A stretch of 31,073 nt of DNA from Minisyncoccota bacterium (GTDB lineage Bacteria; Patescibacteriota; Minisyncoccia; Phycocordibacterales; UBA9973), in assembly GCA_036169935.1 (NCBI GenBank), contig JAVHOH010000060.1, positions 1 through 31,073 on the forward strand. The letters run 5' to 3'. The notes beneath the pieces are model-generated. The model ran no database searches, was not told the DNA's origin, and saw only the letters and a program-made list of their open reading frames with translations. This document shows positions 7,507-16,693 of the stretch, piece after piece; within the stretch, counting starts at the first letter, position 1, and each line of letters opens with the position of its first letter. Both the position numbers and the translations under genes were made by a program.

Positions 7507-8391
7507 ATGAAAGATACAAGAGATATAGAAAGTGAAATAGAAAAATTGGAAGGGCAAATGCAGGCTTCGGATTTTTGGAATGATAAAAATAAAGCGCAAC
7601 AAGTTTTAAAAGAGTTCACAGAATTGAAAGAAAAAAAGGAAGGAGTAGGTAAGTATGACAAGGGTAACGCAATAGTCACGATAATCTCTGGTGCAGGCGG
7701 GGAAGATGCGGAAGATTTCGGCGCGATGCTCTTTTCTATGTATGTAAAGTATGCGGGCAAAAGGGGTTGGAAAGTTTTTTTAATTCATGAAAATAAAAAT
7801 AATAGTGGGGGATACAGAAATGTTTCTTTTGAAGTTCAGGGTAAAAATTCTTATGGTATTTTAAAAAATGAAGGAGGGGTTCATAGGCTTGTGCGTATTT
7901 CACCCTTTGATGCAAAAAAATTACGCCACACTTCATTTTCGATGGTGGAAGTTTTGCCTAAATTTTCAAAATTGGAAGAAAAAGATTTTATCATCCCTGA
8001 AGCTGACCTCCGAATAGAATATTCTAAATCAGGCGGTCCTGGGGGGCAGAATGTAAACAAAAGGGAGACTGCCGTCAGACTCGTTCATATTCCTACAGGC
8101 ATCGCAGTACATGCTTCAAACGAGCGTTCTCAAGAGCAAAATCGGGAAAGGGCCATGGCTATTTTACTTGCGAAAATATTCAAAAAAGCGCAAGAAGACA
8201 AAAAAAGTATGGAAGAAAGTCTAAAATCGACCAAAAATACTGAAATAGAATGGGGGAATCAGATTCGCTCATACGTGCTTCATCCATATAAAATGGTGAA
8301 AGACCACAGAACTAATATAGAAACTTCAAATATTGATGGGGTTTTAAATGGTGATCTGGATATTTTTATTGAGGCGGAGAAAAATTTGTGA
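7507..8391 (+). CDS. prfB: Peptide chain release factor 2, shortened domain 1
   Basis: SPF specificity motif (RISPFD), GGPGGQNVNK, EWGNQIRSYVLHPY. 294 aa; no frameshift site. Confidence 0.9.
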   Translation: MKDTRDIESEIEKLEGQMQASDFWNDKNKAQQVLKEFTELKEKKEGVGKYDKGNAIVTIISGAGGEDAEDFGAMLFSMYVKYAGKRGWKVFLIHENKNNSGGYRNVSFEVQGKNSYGILKNEGGVHRLVRISPFDAKKLRHTSFSMVEVLPKFSKLEEKDFIIPEADLRIEYSKSGGPGGQNVNKRETAVRLVHIPTGIAVHASNERSQEQNRERAMAILLAKIFKKAQEDKKSMEESLKSTKNTEIEWGNQIRSYVLHPYKMVKDHRTNIETSNIDGVLNGDLDIFIEAEKNL

Positions 8392-8407
8392 TAAGATAGA
8401 ATAAAGA

Positions 8408-9076
8408 ATGATTTATTTCAACAACGTTTCAAAAATTTATAAAGATGTATCCGCGCTTTTAGATGTCACTTTTACAGTTGAGACTGGAGAATTTGTTTCT
8501 ATTGTTGGGCATTCTGGCGCTGGAAAGACAACTCTCACAAAAATGATTTTAGCAGAAGAAAACCCGTCTGATGGGACGATATTTTTTGAATCACTCAATA
8601 TAAATAAGTTAAAAAGTAAAGATTTAACCAAACTTCGTCGTCGGATCGGTGTCGTATTTCAAGATTATAAACTTCTTTCCAATAAAACCGCTTATGAGAA
8701 TATTGCTTTTGCTATGGAGGCGGTCGGCAAGACCGAAGAAGAGATACGGAGCGATGTTCCGCATGTTTTAGAACTCGTTGATTTGAGCCACCGGATAAGC
8801 CATTTTCCAAACCAAATGTCTGGCGGTGAACAACAGCGTTTGGCGATAGCGCGGGCTATCATAAACCAGCCTGATCTTATCATTGCTGATGAGCCGACGG
8901 GCAATCTGGATCCTGTCAATACTCATGAAATAGTTCAAATTTTAAAAAAGATAAATGATCTCGGCACGACAGTCATCCTAACGACACACAATAGAGGAGT
9001 TATCGAATCTGTCGGGAAAAGAGTAATTACGATGGAGAATGGAAAAATTATTAGAGATACAAAAAATGGCAAGTAG
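8408..9076 (+). CDS. ftsE: Cell division ATP-binding protein FtsE
   Basis: [36 protein letters not shown]; directly upstream of an FtsX-like permease. Confidence 0.85.
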   Translation: MIYFNNVSKIYKDVSALLDVTFTVETGEFVSIVGHSGAGKTTLTKMILAEENPSDGTIFFESLNINKLKSKDLTKLRRRIGVVFQDYKLLSNKTAYENIAFAMEAVGKTEEEIRSDVPHVLELVDLSHRISHFPNQMSGGEQQRLAIARAIINQPDLIIADEPTGNLDPVNTHEIVQILKKINDLGTTVILTTHNRGVIESVGKRVITMENGKIIRDTKNGK

Positions 9077-9098
9077 GTAGGGCCACATGTCAGACTTG

Positions 9099-9107
9099 TG
9101 GTACAAT
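9099..9107 (+). promoter_or_regulatory. Extended -10 promoter (TG-G-TACAAT), leaderless spacing
   Basis: 7 nt upstream of ftsX ATG 9115. Confidence 0.45.
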
Positions 9108-9114
9108 TAAAATC

Positions 9115-10038
9115 ATGACGATAACCACATTTAAAAGAATAATAAAAGCTGGATTTTTAAACTTTAAGAGAGGCGGGTTAGTTTCCTGGGCGGCTGTTTT
9201 AGTGGTGACAATTACTCTTTCGGTTATCACTTTTATTATTTTTTTACAAGCAGTTTTATATTTCTCACTTACTCAAATCAAAGATAAAGTGGATGTGACG
9301 ATTTATTTTACAACTAGTGCGCCAGAAGACAAAATTATCTCTCTCAAATCTTCCTTGGAACAATTACCAGAAGTAGCGAGCGTGTCTTATACCAGCGCGG
9401 AGGAATCATTGAAAATTTTTCGAGATCGTCATCAAAATGATTACCCGACGATTCAAGCTCTAGATGAAATAGGCAATAATCCATTAGGCGGTCATCTTAA
9501 TATTAAAGCCAAAGAAGTTTCTCAATATGAAAGTATCGTTAATTTTTTGAAATCAGATGACTCATTAATTCTCGGATCTTCTTCTATCGTAGATAAGGTA
9601 AATTATTATCAAAATAAATCCGTTATCGATAAGTTGAATGCCATCATATCCGGCGCGCAAAAACTTGGTTTTCTCGTTACTTTGCTTTTAGTAATTATTT
9701 CTATCATTATTACTTTTAATACTATCAGATTGACTATTTTTATCTCTAAAGAGGAAATTGGCGTGATGCGTCTCGTGGGTGCTTCAAAAATGCATGTACG
9801 GGGACCTTTTATGATTGAAGGAACGATTTATGGCATTATTGCGACGTTAATTACCCTAATTCTTTTTTGGCCGATAACGGCCTGGCTCGGACGCAATATG
9901 ACCAGTTTTTTAGGAATCGATATGTATAATTATTACATTTCAAACTTCTTTCGAATTTTTGCAATTCTTTTATTATCAGGTATAATCTTAGGTATTGTTT
10001 CCAGTTTTCTGGCAATTAGAAAATATTTAGATAAATGA
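9115..10038 (+). CDS. ftsX: Cell division permease FtsX
   Basis: One TM, large extracytoplasmic domain, then three TMs; FNTIRLTI...EEIGVMRLVGAS...VRGPFMIEG. Confidence 0.85.
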   Translation: MTITTFKRIIKAGFLNFKRGGLVSWAAVLVVTITLSVITFIIFLQAVLYFSLTQIKDKVDVTIYFTTSAPEDKIISLKSSLEQLPEVASVSYTSAEESLKIFRDRHQNDYPTIQALDEIGNNPLGGHLNIKAKEVSQYESIVNFLKSDDSLILGSSSIVDKVNYYQNKSVIDKLNAIISGAQKLGFLVTLLLVIISIIITFNTIRLTIFISKEEIGVMRLVGASKMHVRGPFMIEGTIYGIIATLITLILFWPITAWLGRNMTSFLGIDMYNYYISNFFRIFAILLLSGIILGIVSSFLAIRKYLDK

Positions 10039-10076
10039 GAAAGCTCCTATGCTGGACGTAGGGAGTATGTTGTATT

Positions 10077-11729
10077 ATGAAAAAAAATAATCCAAAATAT
10101 ATTTTTGTAGTGGGAGGTGTGATTTCCGGCGTAGGAAAAGGTATTACCGCCTCCTCTATCGGACTCATCTTAAAGAACCGCAGATTTAATGTCACTTCTG
10201 TAAAGATAGATCCATACGTAAATGTTGACGCCGGCACCATGAACCCCACCGAACACGGTGAGGTTTTTGTTTTGTTCGATGGAGACGAGACGGATCAGGA
10301 TATGGGAAATTATGAAAGATTTATGGACTTAAATTTGACTCGAGTAAATTATATGACGACTGGCCGAGTGTATAAATCGGTTATAGAAAAAGAAAGAAAT
10401 CTGGAATACAAAGGCAGGTGCGTAGAAGTCGTTCCACATATACCACTTGAAGTTATAAGCAGAATAAAAAGCGCGAGCACAAACGCAAACGCGGACGTGA
10501 CTATTATAGAGATAGGCGGAACCATCGGAGAATATCAGAATATCTTGTTTTTGGAAGCAGCTCGAATGATGAAAATTAAAAATCCGAAGGACGTTATTTT
10601 CGTAATGGTTTCTTACTTGCCGACTCCGGGAAAGATTGGAGAAATGAAAACGAAACCCACTCAATACGCCGTGCGTACCTTGAACTCTTCCGGTATTTCT
10701 CCTGATATGCTCGTGGCCAGAGCGGATACCGTTCTTGATGAAAAAAGAAAAGAAAAACTTTCTATGTTTTGTAATATTTTAGCAGATCGCATAATATCTG
10801 CTCCAGATGTAGAAAGTATTTATGATATTCCGCTTAACTTTGAAAAAGAAAAATTGTCAGAAAAGATTTGTGATATTTTAAGTTTACCCAAGAAAAAGCC
10901 AGATGCTAGAGCTTGGAGTGCTTGGAAAAATTTCGCTAAACATTCTCATAATGGCAAACAAACCGTAAAGATAGCCATGGTGGGTAAATATTTTGAGTCG
11001 GGGGATTTTATGTTGTCGGATTCTTATCTTTCGGTTATTGAAGCGCTCAAATATTCTTCTTATAAAGAAGATAGGAAGCCGGTAATTTCTTGGCTTAATT
11101 CTGGAGACTTTGAAGAACATCCGGAGAAATTAAAAGAACTCAAAAAGTATGATGGAATTATCGTGCCGGGCGGTTTTGGAAAAAGGGGAGTAGAGGGAAA
11201 TCTAAGCGCGATAAAATTTGCTCGAGAAAATAAAATCCCATATTTTGGACTTTGCTATGGCATGCAGATGATGGTGATAGAATACGCGCGAAATATTTTA
11301 GGTCTCAAAGATGCGAATACTAGAGAAGTCAATCCAAATTCCAAAAATATGGTTATAGACGTGATGGAATCACAAAAAGAAATTTTAAAGAATAATCTAT
11401 ATGGCGGATCTATGCGCCTAGGAGCCTACAAAGCAATTTTGCGCGAAGGTACGATTGCCAGAAATAGTTATAACAAGAAGGAGATAGTTGAAAGACATCG
11501 TCACCGCTATGAGGTTAACCCTGCATTTGTTGCAGATTTAGAGGCAAAAGGTCTAGTCTTTTCTGGGCGTTCTCCAGATGGACATTTGATGGAGATAGCT
11601 GAATTGCCGAAGAGCAAACATCCGTTTTTTCTGGGTACCCAATTTCATCCGGAATTTCTAGCACATCCGCTTTCCCCACATCCGCTTTTTACAGCTTTTA
11701 TAAAAGCTTGTATAAATAAGAAAAAATAA
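10077..11729 (+). CDS. pyrG: CTP synthase
   Basis: GGVISGVGKG, KIDPYVNVDAGTMNPTEHGEV, VPGGFG, GLCYGMQ (catalytic Cys), ERHRHRYEVN, QFHPEF. Confidence 0.97.
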   Translation: MKKNNPKYIFVVGGVISGVGKGITASSIGLILKNRRFNVTSVKIDPYVNVDAGTMNPTEHGEVFVLFDGDETDQDMGNYERFMDLNLTRVNYMTTGRVYKSVIEKERNLEYKGRCVEVVPHIPLEVISRIKSASTNANADVTIIEIGGTIGEYQNILFLEAARMMKIKNPKDVIFVMVSYLPTPGKIGEMKTKPTQYAVRTLNSSGISPDMLVARADTVLDEKRKEKLSMFCNILADRIISAPDVESIYDIPLNFEKEKLSEKICDILSLPKKKPDARAWSAWKNFAKHSHNGKQTVKIAMVGKYFESGDFMLSDSYLSVIEALKYSSYKEDRKPVISWLNSGDFEEHPEKLKELKKYDGIIVPGGFGKRGVEGNLSAIKFARENKIPYFGLCYGMQMMVIEYARNILGLKDANTREVNPNSKNMVIDVMESQKEILKNNLYGGSMRLGAYKAILREGTIARNSYNKKEIVERHRHRYEVNPAFVADLEAKGLVFSGRSPDGHLMEIAELPKSKHPFFLGTQFHPEFLAHPLSPHPLFTAFIKACINKKK

Positions 11730-11786
11730 GGTTTTTCTTGTAAAATATTTTTTTTTAAGCTAATCTATTAAAGTAAATAGAAATTT

Positions 11787-11857
11787 TACGGGATCGTCTA
11801 ATGGTAGGACCCATCCCTCTGGAGGATGTGATCTTGGTTCGAGTCCAAGTCCCGTAG
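11787..11857 (+). tRNA. tRNA-Gln(CTG)
   Basis: Acceptor TACGGGA/TCCCGTA (U1-A72), D GTC/GAC, anticodon stem CATCC/GGATG with loop CT-CTG-GA, T arm CTTGG-TTCGAGT-CCAAG. Discriminator G; no CCA. Confidence 0.95.
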
Positions 11858-11879
11858 CACGATGTTTGAGTATTTAATA

Positions 11880-11888
11880 TGATAGAAT
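11880..11888 (+). promoter_or_regulatory. Extended -10 promoter (TG-A-TAGAAT), leaderless spacing
   Basis: 6 nt upstream of ATG 11895. Confidence 0.45.
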
Positions 11889-11894
11889 CTAAAT

Positions 11895-12713
11895 ATGGAA
11901 TTAACTGATTCTGAAAAAATACTGTGTGATGAAGCATGTCAATTCGTAAGTTCAAGACAGAAAGAACTAATCGATTCTTTTGTAATAAAAAAGAATCCCT
12001 TAAGGTTAGGTTTCATAACTATTTTTATGGCTGGTTCACCAGGTGCTGGAAAAACTGAGTTTTCTAAAAGATATATGCCTTTGATCATTAATAAAAAAGA
12101 TGAAAAACTTATAAAATTTTTAAATCAAAAAGGTATAGATATTAGTTCAATTGAAACGTTATTTATTCGTATTGATGTTGATGAAATACGAGAATTTTTA
12201 CCACAATATCAAAAAACTAACATGGAAAATGGAGCAAGGGGTAATGCTCATGTTGTTCAAAAAGCTGCAAATAAAGGATTAGATATTTTACGTGACTATT
12301 GTCTTTCAAATGAAATCTCTTTTCTACACGACGGAACGTTTGGTAATCATAGTACAATGAAAGAAATAATCAAAAAATCTATCAACGTTGGAAGAGAGGT
12401 GCAGATTTATTATATTTATCTCGATCCACTTGTTGCATGGGAATTCACCAAGGCACGAGAGTATTTTGAAGGTAGAAATATCATAAAAGAGAAATTTATT
12501 GAGCAGTATTTTCATTCTCGAGAAAATGTTGATAGGATAAAACAGGAATTTGGAGATAAAGTTAAAATTCATTGTATTTTAAAGAATAAAGAAAATAAAG
12601 TAGAAGAAATAGTATTAAATCAGCCTAGTATTGACTTATACTTACAATCTAAGTACAATAGCAATATTATTAGGAGATATTCTCCAGAAGAATTGTCGGA
12701 TCTTCTTAGCTAA
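11895..12713 (+). CDS. Zeta-toxin-family P-loop kinase
   Basis: MAGSPGAGKTEF; IDVDEIRE; FLHDGTF; YIYLDPLVAWEFTKARE. Confidence 0.8.
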   Translation: MELTDSEKILCDEACQFVSSRQKELIDSFVIKKNPLRLGFITIFMAGSPGAGKTEFSKRYMPLIINKKDEKLIKFLNQKGIDISSIETLFIRIDVDEIREFLPQYQKTNMENGARGNAHVVQKAANKGLDILRDYCLSNEISFLHDGTFGNHSTMKEIIKKSINVGREVQIYYIYLDPLVAWEFTKAREYFEGRNIIKEKFIEQYFHSRENVDRIKQEFGDKVKIHCILKNKENKVEEIVLNQPSIDLYLQSKYNSNIIRRYSPEELSDLLS

Positions 12714-12898
12714 TGTATAATAGCAATATGTTTGATTTTGTAAAAAAGAGCAAAAAAACACAAGATGCAAAAAAGTTAATTTTGAAAGAATATTTTAATT
12801 CAGGTAATCAAAAGAAAGTTATTACGCAAGCAGCCAGGAAATCAGCAGAGGACCAGAACATACTTCTTACTAAATACCAAAAATTAGCTAATCCTTAG
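12713..12898 (+). CDS. Small basic helical protein, putative partner/antitoxin of the zeta-like kinase
   Basis: TAATG stop-start overlap; followed by a terminator. Start could be the second Met at 12728. Confidence 0.55.
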   Translation: MYNSNMFDFVKKSKKTQDAKKLILKEYFNSGNQKKVITQAARKSAEDQNILLTKYQKLANP

Positions 12899-12905
12899 GT
12901 TTTAT

Positions 12906-12936
12906 AAAAATATCACCAAATTTAGGTGGTGTTTTT
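12906..12936 (+). terminator. Probable intrinsic terminator
   Basis: AAAAATATCACC-AAATTTA-GGTGGTGTTTTT stem with G-U pairs and a U tract, just after the small gene. Confidence 0.6.
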
Positions 12937-13011
12937 ATTTGAATTTTCTAATTAAAGTTCCAGCTTCGCACCAAGTCTCGCAACAAGCACTTTTTGTGAT
13001 AATATAAAAAT

Positions 13012-14022
13012 ATGGAAGGTACAGCTAACCTAGAAAATAATAATCTTGAACAACTTCTTGGAAAAGCTATTGTTTGGGCGCAAGAACAGTCACAAGTTGC
13101 ACTTGAGATGGGTACACCGCTTAACGAGCTAGAGTCTGAACTTGCCCGAGCTGTTGGGGTAGAGCACTGGGAACTCGTCCGTATTCTTGAAGTTGATGAA
13201 ATTCCTGTTCCGATTGATCCGGAATTAAAAGCAAAAGCCGAAGAAGCAGGCCTCTTCGGACCCAGTATCGCCGGAATTACCTTTGATCATGGTATTTATA
13301 TTAAGAAGGGACATAGAACTGAGAGGCTCGTATCACACGAACTTCACCATGTACATCAATATGAACAAGCTAAATCAATCCGTAATTTTCTTCAGAATTA
13401 CATTCCACAACTTCTTTCTGTGGGATATGCCAATGCTCCGCTAGAATTGGATGCACAAAATCATAAAAATAATCTAAAAAAATTTAATCCTGACAAGATA
13501 GCAGAATTAGATTTAAATATGTGGCAGGCATATTATAGTCATAATTTTTTTAAATTATTTATTTTACTTTTACATCTAAACCACGAATTTTTTGGGTTAG
13601 ACTATTTTCATACTTTACAGGCTGCATATTATTCTGCTTCAGCTGCGATTAATTTTCGTTTAAATAGAGGAAAAGAAAATCATGAGCTAATAATAACAAA
13701 GCTAACAAAATTTTTAAAAATAATATCGGATAATAATATTGAAAAATTTAATTACAAAAATGTAGCTGAATTAGAATTTAAGTGGTGGATGATTGATCGC
13801 TATCCAAAACCTTACCAGACTTCACGGGAAGAGGGACTCGCGCGTGCTATGGCCGCAATATATAACACTGATTATGTAAAACTCACAGAATACGCAAATT
13901 ACCGAGCTCAAGCCATGACATTACAAGATGAAGCAAAAACTGTCGGTCAAGAAGCAGATTGGGAGAAAATCGGATCTTTATTAAAACAATCTTTTAATTC
14001 ACTTTATCAAAATATTCAATAA
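13012..14022 (+). CDS. Two-domain hypothetical protein: N-terminal HExxH zincin-like domain plus C-terminal all-helical domain
   Basis: AGITFDHGIYI...LVSHELHHVHQYEQ...APLELDA, then FNPDKIAELDLNMWQAYY...ELEFKWW...YRAQA. Confidence 0.7.
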   Translation: MEGTANLENNNLEQLLGKAIVWAQEQSQVALEMGTPLNELESELARAVGVEHWELVRILEVDEIPVPIDPELKAKAEEAGLFGPSIAGITFDHGIYIKKGHRTERLVSHELHHVHQYEQAKSIRNFLQNYIPQLLSVGYANAPLELDAQNHKNNLKKFNPDKIAELDLNMWQAYYSHNFFKLFILLLHLNHEFFGLDYFHTLQAAYYSASAAINFRLNRGKENHELIITKLTKFLKIISDNNIEKFNYKNVAELEFKWWMIDRYPKPYQTSREEGLARAMAAIYNTDYVKLTEYANYRAQAMTLQDEAKTVGQEADWEKIGSLLKQSFNSLYQNIQ

Positions 14023-14050
14023 TGGTTCCAACGTCGTACCAGATATCCAG

Positions 14051-14752
14051 CTAAATTTCAGAATTTGTTTTTTTAAATGTTTTTCCTACCACAGTTCCTA
14101 TGACTGTTCCGATAATTGCTCCAGCGACAAAATCTGAAAACCAATGAATAGTCATTGATATTCCGAGCCCGATATATAATGCATACGCGAGAGCAAGTAT
14201 TTTCACTGTTTTATTTTTTGAATACAATGCCCATAAAGTGAATGCCATGGCAAAAGCAATAGTAGTGTGTGAAGATGGCCAACCCCAGAATATTCCTCCA
14301 CGAAATAATCCGAAATTAAATACATGCGTGATATCGATAGTGGTTAGCGTGTGAAAAGAGTCTTTGGCTCCAGAGATTAAATAAGTTAGAGAGTGAACTG
14401 AATCAGGGTGCGCTCGACCGGTAAACATTTTGTAAAAAGAAGAGATGAAAGCGCCCAAAATGGCCGCTTGGCCAAGAGCAAAACCGGTATTTAAAAGTGC
14501 AATGTTTTTACGAATTTTTCCGTATATCAATATGATAATTGGTATAAGGATAGGGAAGAGACCGCCGACAATCGCAGCAGAAAATAAAATATAAGATAAC
14601 CGGCTGTCTTTGAAAAACAGGAAATATTTGAAATCAAAACCGGAAACAACAATAATATAGGTACTTAAAATGGCAATGAGATGCCACGCAAAATTACGCC
14701 CCCTAAAAGAATCAATGATATTTTTCCAAAATTTATAAAAAAGTATTTTCAT
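14051..14752 (-). CDS. PAP2-family membrane phosphatase
   Basis: C1 KMFTGRAHP, C2 WPSSHT, C3 IHWFSDFVAG; multiple TM helices. Confidence 0.85.
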   Translation of the reverse strand: MKILFYKFWKNIIDSFRGRNFAWHLIAILSTYIIVVSGFDFKYFLFFKDSRLSYILFSAAIVGGLFPILIPIIILIYGKIRKNIALLNTGFALGQAAILGAFISSFYKMFTGRAHPDSVHSLTYLISGAKDSFHTLTTIDITHVFNFGLFRGGIFWGWPSSHTTIAFAMAFTLWALYSKNKTVKILALAYALYIGLGISMTIHWFSDFVAGAIIGTVIGTVVGKTFKKTNSEI

Positions 14753-14804
14753 ATTAAATTTAAGTATAACATAGTCATCAAGATTTAATTTTTAAAATAT
14801 TTTC

Positions 14805-14813
14805 TGTTATACT
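14805..14813 (+). promoter_or_regulatory. Extended -10 promoter (TG-T-TATACT), leaderless spacing
   Basis: 6 nt upstream of ATG 14820. Confidence 0.5.
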
Positions 14814-14819
14814 TACAAG

Positions 14820-15686
14820 ATGAATAGAAAAGAGACGGCGGTTAAAACAATATACTGGAGTATTTTTGGAAGCGTGGGACTCGCCATTATCAAATGGTTG
14901 GGGGGAGTCTTTGGGCATTCATATGCCTTAATCGCGGATGCCATCGAATCAACTACTGATATATTTTCTTCTATTTTGGTTCTATTTGGAATTAAATATT
15001 CAAGCCGGCCGGCCGACAAAGAACATCCCTATGGGCATGGCCGAGCCGAACCACTCATAACATTCATCGTGGTTGGTTTTTTGATTGCTTCTGCTTCAAT
15101 TATTACTTATCAGGGTATTAAAAATATCAAAACACCTCATACCATGCCAGAATCTTGGACGCTTATTTTTCTTGCTTTGATAATTATTTGGAAAGAAATT
15201 TCTTATCGTTTAGTATTAAAAAAAAGCAAAGAGACGGGGAGCTCCTCTCTTAAAGCGGATGCCTGGCATCATAGAAGCGATGCCATCACCTCTGTCGCCG
15301 CATTTATAGGGATTGGGGTAGCTTTAATCTTAGGAAAAGGCTATGAGTCTGCAGACGATTGGGCAGCCCTTTTTGCCGCTGGATTTATTTTATATAACAG
15401 CTATTTAATTTTTAGACCAGCCTTGGGAGAAGTTATGGATGAATATTCGCATGATAGTTTGGAAGCAGAAATTAGAAAAGTGGCGCTTAGCGTCGATGGA
15501 ATAATAAACACTGAAAAATGTTTTATTCGTAAGATGGGGATGCTATACCATATTGATCTTCATGCAATTGTAGATGAAAATATGACGGTTAGACAAGGAC
15601 ACGAATTAGCGCATAAATTAAAGAATACTTTATTAAAAAAAATTGACTGTATCGGCAATGTTTTGATACATATCGAACCTAATTAA
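14820..15686 (+). CDS. Cation diffusion facilitator (FieF-like) transporter
   Basis: SYALIADAIES..D; RPADKEHPYGHGRAE; LKADAWHHRSD; C-terminal IHIEP. Confidence 0.92.
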   Translation: MNRKETAVKTIYWSIFGSVGLAIIKWLGGVFGHSYALIADAIESTTDIFSSILVLFGIKYSSRPADKEHPYGHGRAEPLITFIVVGFLIASASIITYQGIKNIKTPHTMPESWTLIFLALIIIWKEISYRLVLKKSKETGSSSLKADAWHHRSDAITSVAAFIGIGVALILGKGYESADDWAALFAAGFILYNSYLIFRPALGEVMDEYSHDSLEAEIRKVALSVDGIINTEKCFIRKMGMLYHIDLHAIVDENMTVRQGHELAHKLKNTLLKKIDCIGNVLIHIEPN

Positions 15687-15728
15687 GTCGCAATAATAAT
15701 ATATTTTTCTCTGTTATTTCTTTATCTT

Positions 15729-16277
15729 ATGCAAAAAATTAAAAATATAGAAAAAGATATTTTAATTCGTGCCCAAACGGGGGATCTGGACGTTTTTGAG
15801 TATATTTTGTCTTTTTATGAAAAGGCGATTTACAACTACTGTCTGCATATTTTAAAAAATACACAAAATGCAAAAGATGTCACTCAAGAAACTTTTATAA
15901 AAGTCTATATTCATCGCAAGGAGATAGATCCGGAGAAAAATATTAAAACTTGGATATTTACTATTGCCACGAATACCACCTATGATTTTCTGCGGGGGAA
16001 AAAGCGCAAAAATGAAATAAGCCTTGACGAAGAAAATGAAACAATTTCCAGTACTGAAACGTATTATCCACAAGAGTGTTTGGTATCTGATGTCGATAAA
16101 GCACTTTCGCAGATAAATCCGGAATATAAAAGAGCGCTTTTATTATTTTATCAGCAGGGTTTTGATTATAAAGAAATAGCGGAGATATTGGAGATGCCTC
16201 TAAATACAGTCAAAACACATATAAGCCGAGGGAAAGAACAATTAAAAGAAATTCTTCAAGAATATGGAAAAAATTGA
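15729..16277 (+). CDS. ECF RNA polymerase sigma-70 factor (SigW-like)
   Basis: Sigma2 AKDVTQETFIKVY...TWIFTIATN...DFLR; sigma4 YKEIAEILEMPLNTVKTHISRGK. Confidence 0.93.
   Translation: MQKIKNIEKDILIRAQTGDLDVFEYILSFYEKAIYNYCLHILKNTQNAKDVTQETFIKVYIHRKEIDPEKNIKTWIFTIATNTTYDFLRGKKRKNEISLDEENETISSTETYYPQECLVSDVDKALSQINPEYKRALLLFYQQGFDYKEIAEILEMPLNTVKTHISRGKEQLKEILQEYGKN
16037..16063 (+). promoter_or_regulatory. Putative ECF promoter TGAAAC-N17-CGTA inside the sigma gene, upstream of the anti-sigma gene
   Basis: TGAAAC 16037-16042, CGTA 16060-16063; same boxes and spacing as the site at 17230-17256. Confidence 0.55.
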
Positions 16278-16635
16278 TGAACAATTAAATAACCTGTTCA
16301 AGGTGGAAGTTCCGACTGGAGTACATCAGTCTGTAATGCGGAAGGTTAATTACCAAAAGATGAAGCCGGTATTTTTTGTCGCTTTTGCTTTACTCTTGTT
16401 TAATTTTTTAGTGATTGCGTGGCACATTGACGCGAAATTAATTGATGCGGAGTTTTTGGATATGACGCAAGACTTTTTGGAAGTTTTTAATTTTAATTTT
16501 TCTTTTATCAGCACGATTTGGGCAAGTTTTTTTGAAATTATTTCTCCAGCGCTTTTCTTATCTGCCACCCTAAGCTTTGCTGGGGCAATATATATTGGAA
16601 AGAAAATAACTGTGTATCAGTTTAGCAGAATATAA
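16264..16635 (+). CDS. Putative membrane anti-sigma factor
   Basis: Overlaps the ECF sigma stop by 14 nt; short cytoplasmic N-terminus (VPTGVHQSVMRKV) followed by hydrophobic segments. Confidence 0.6.
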   Translation: MEKIDEQLNNLFKVEVPTGVHQSVMRKVNYQKMKPVFFVAFALLLFNFLVIAWHIDAKLIDAEFLDMTQDFLEVFNFNFSFISTIWASFFEIISPALFLSATLSFAGAIYIGKKITVYQFSRI

Positions 16636-16646
16636 AATAATTAAAT

Positions 16647-16680
16647 AAAAAACACTCCGATCTAGGCCGGAGTGTTTTTT
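16647..16680. terminator. Bidirectional intrinsic terminator
   Basis: AAAAAACACTCCG-ATCTAGGC-CGGAGTGTTTTTT, a perfect 13-bp stem between convergent genes. Confidence 0.85.
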
Positions 16681-16693
16681 ATTTATCTCTGTC

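Noticed and set aside
7420-7510. Programmed +1 frameshift in prfB
   Set aside because: No CTT-TGA site or upstream mini-ORF; the upstream sequence is the tRNA.
7507-8391. Genetic code 25 (TGA = Gly)
   Set aside because: RF2 with SPF is present and TGA ends several genes at their expected C-termini (5721, 8391, 10038, 25831).
16064-16072. Perfect DnaA boxes TTATCCACA (16064-16072 and minus strand 23340-23348) as an origin
   Set aside because: Isolated single boxes 7 kb apart, one inside a CDS; compatible with chance in AT-rich DNA. A role at the riboswitch promoter is not excluded.
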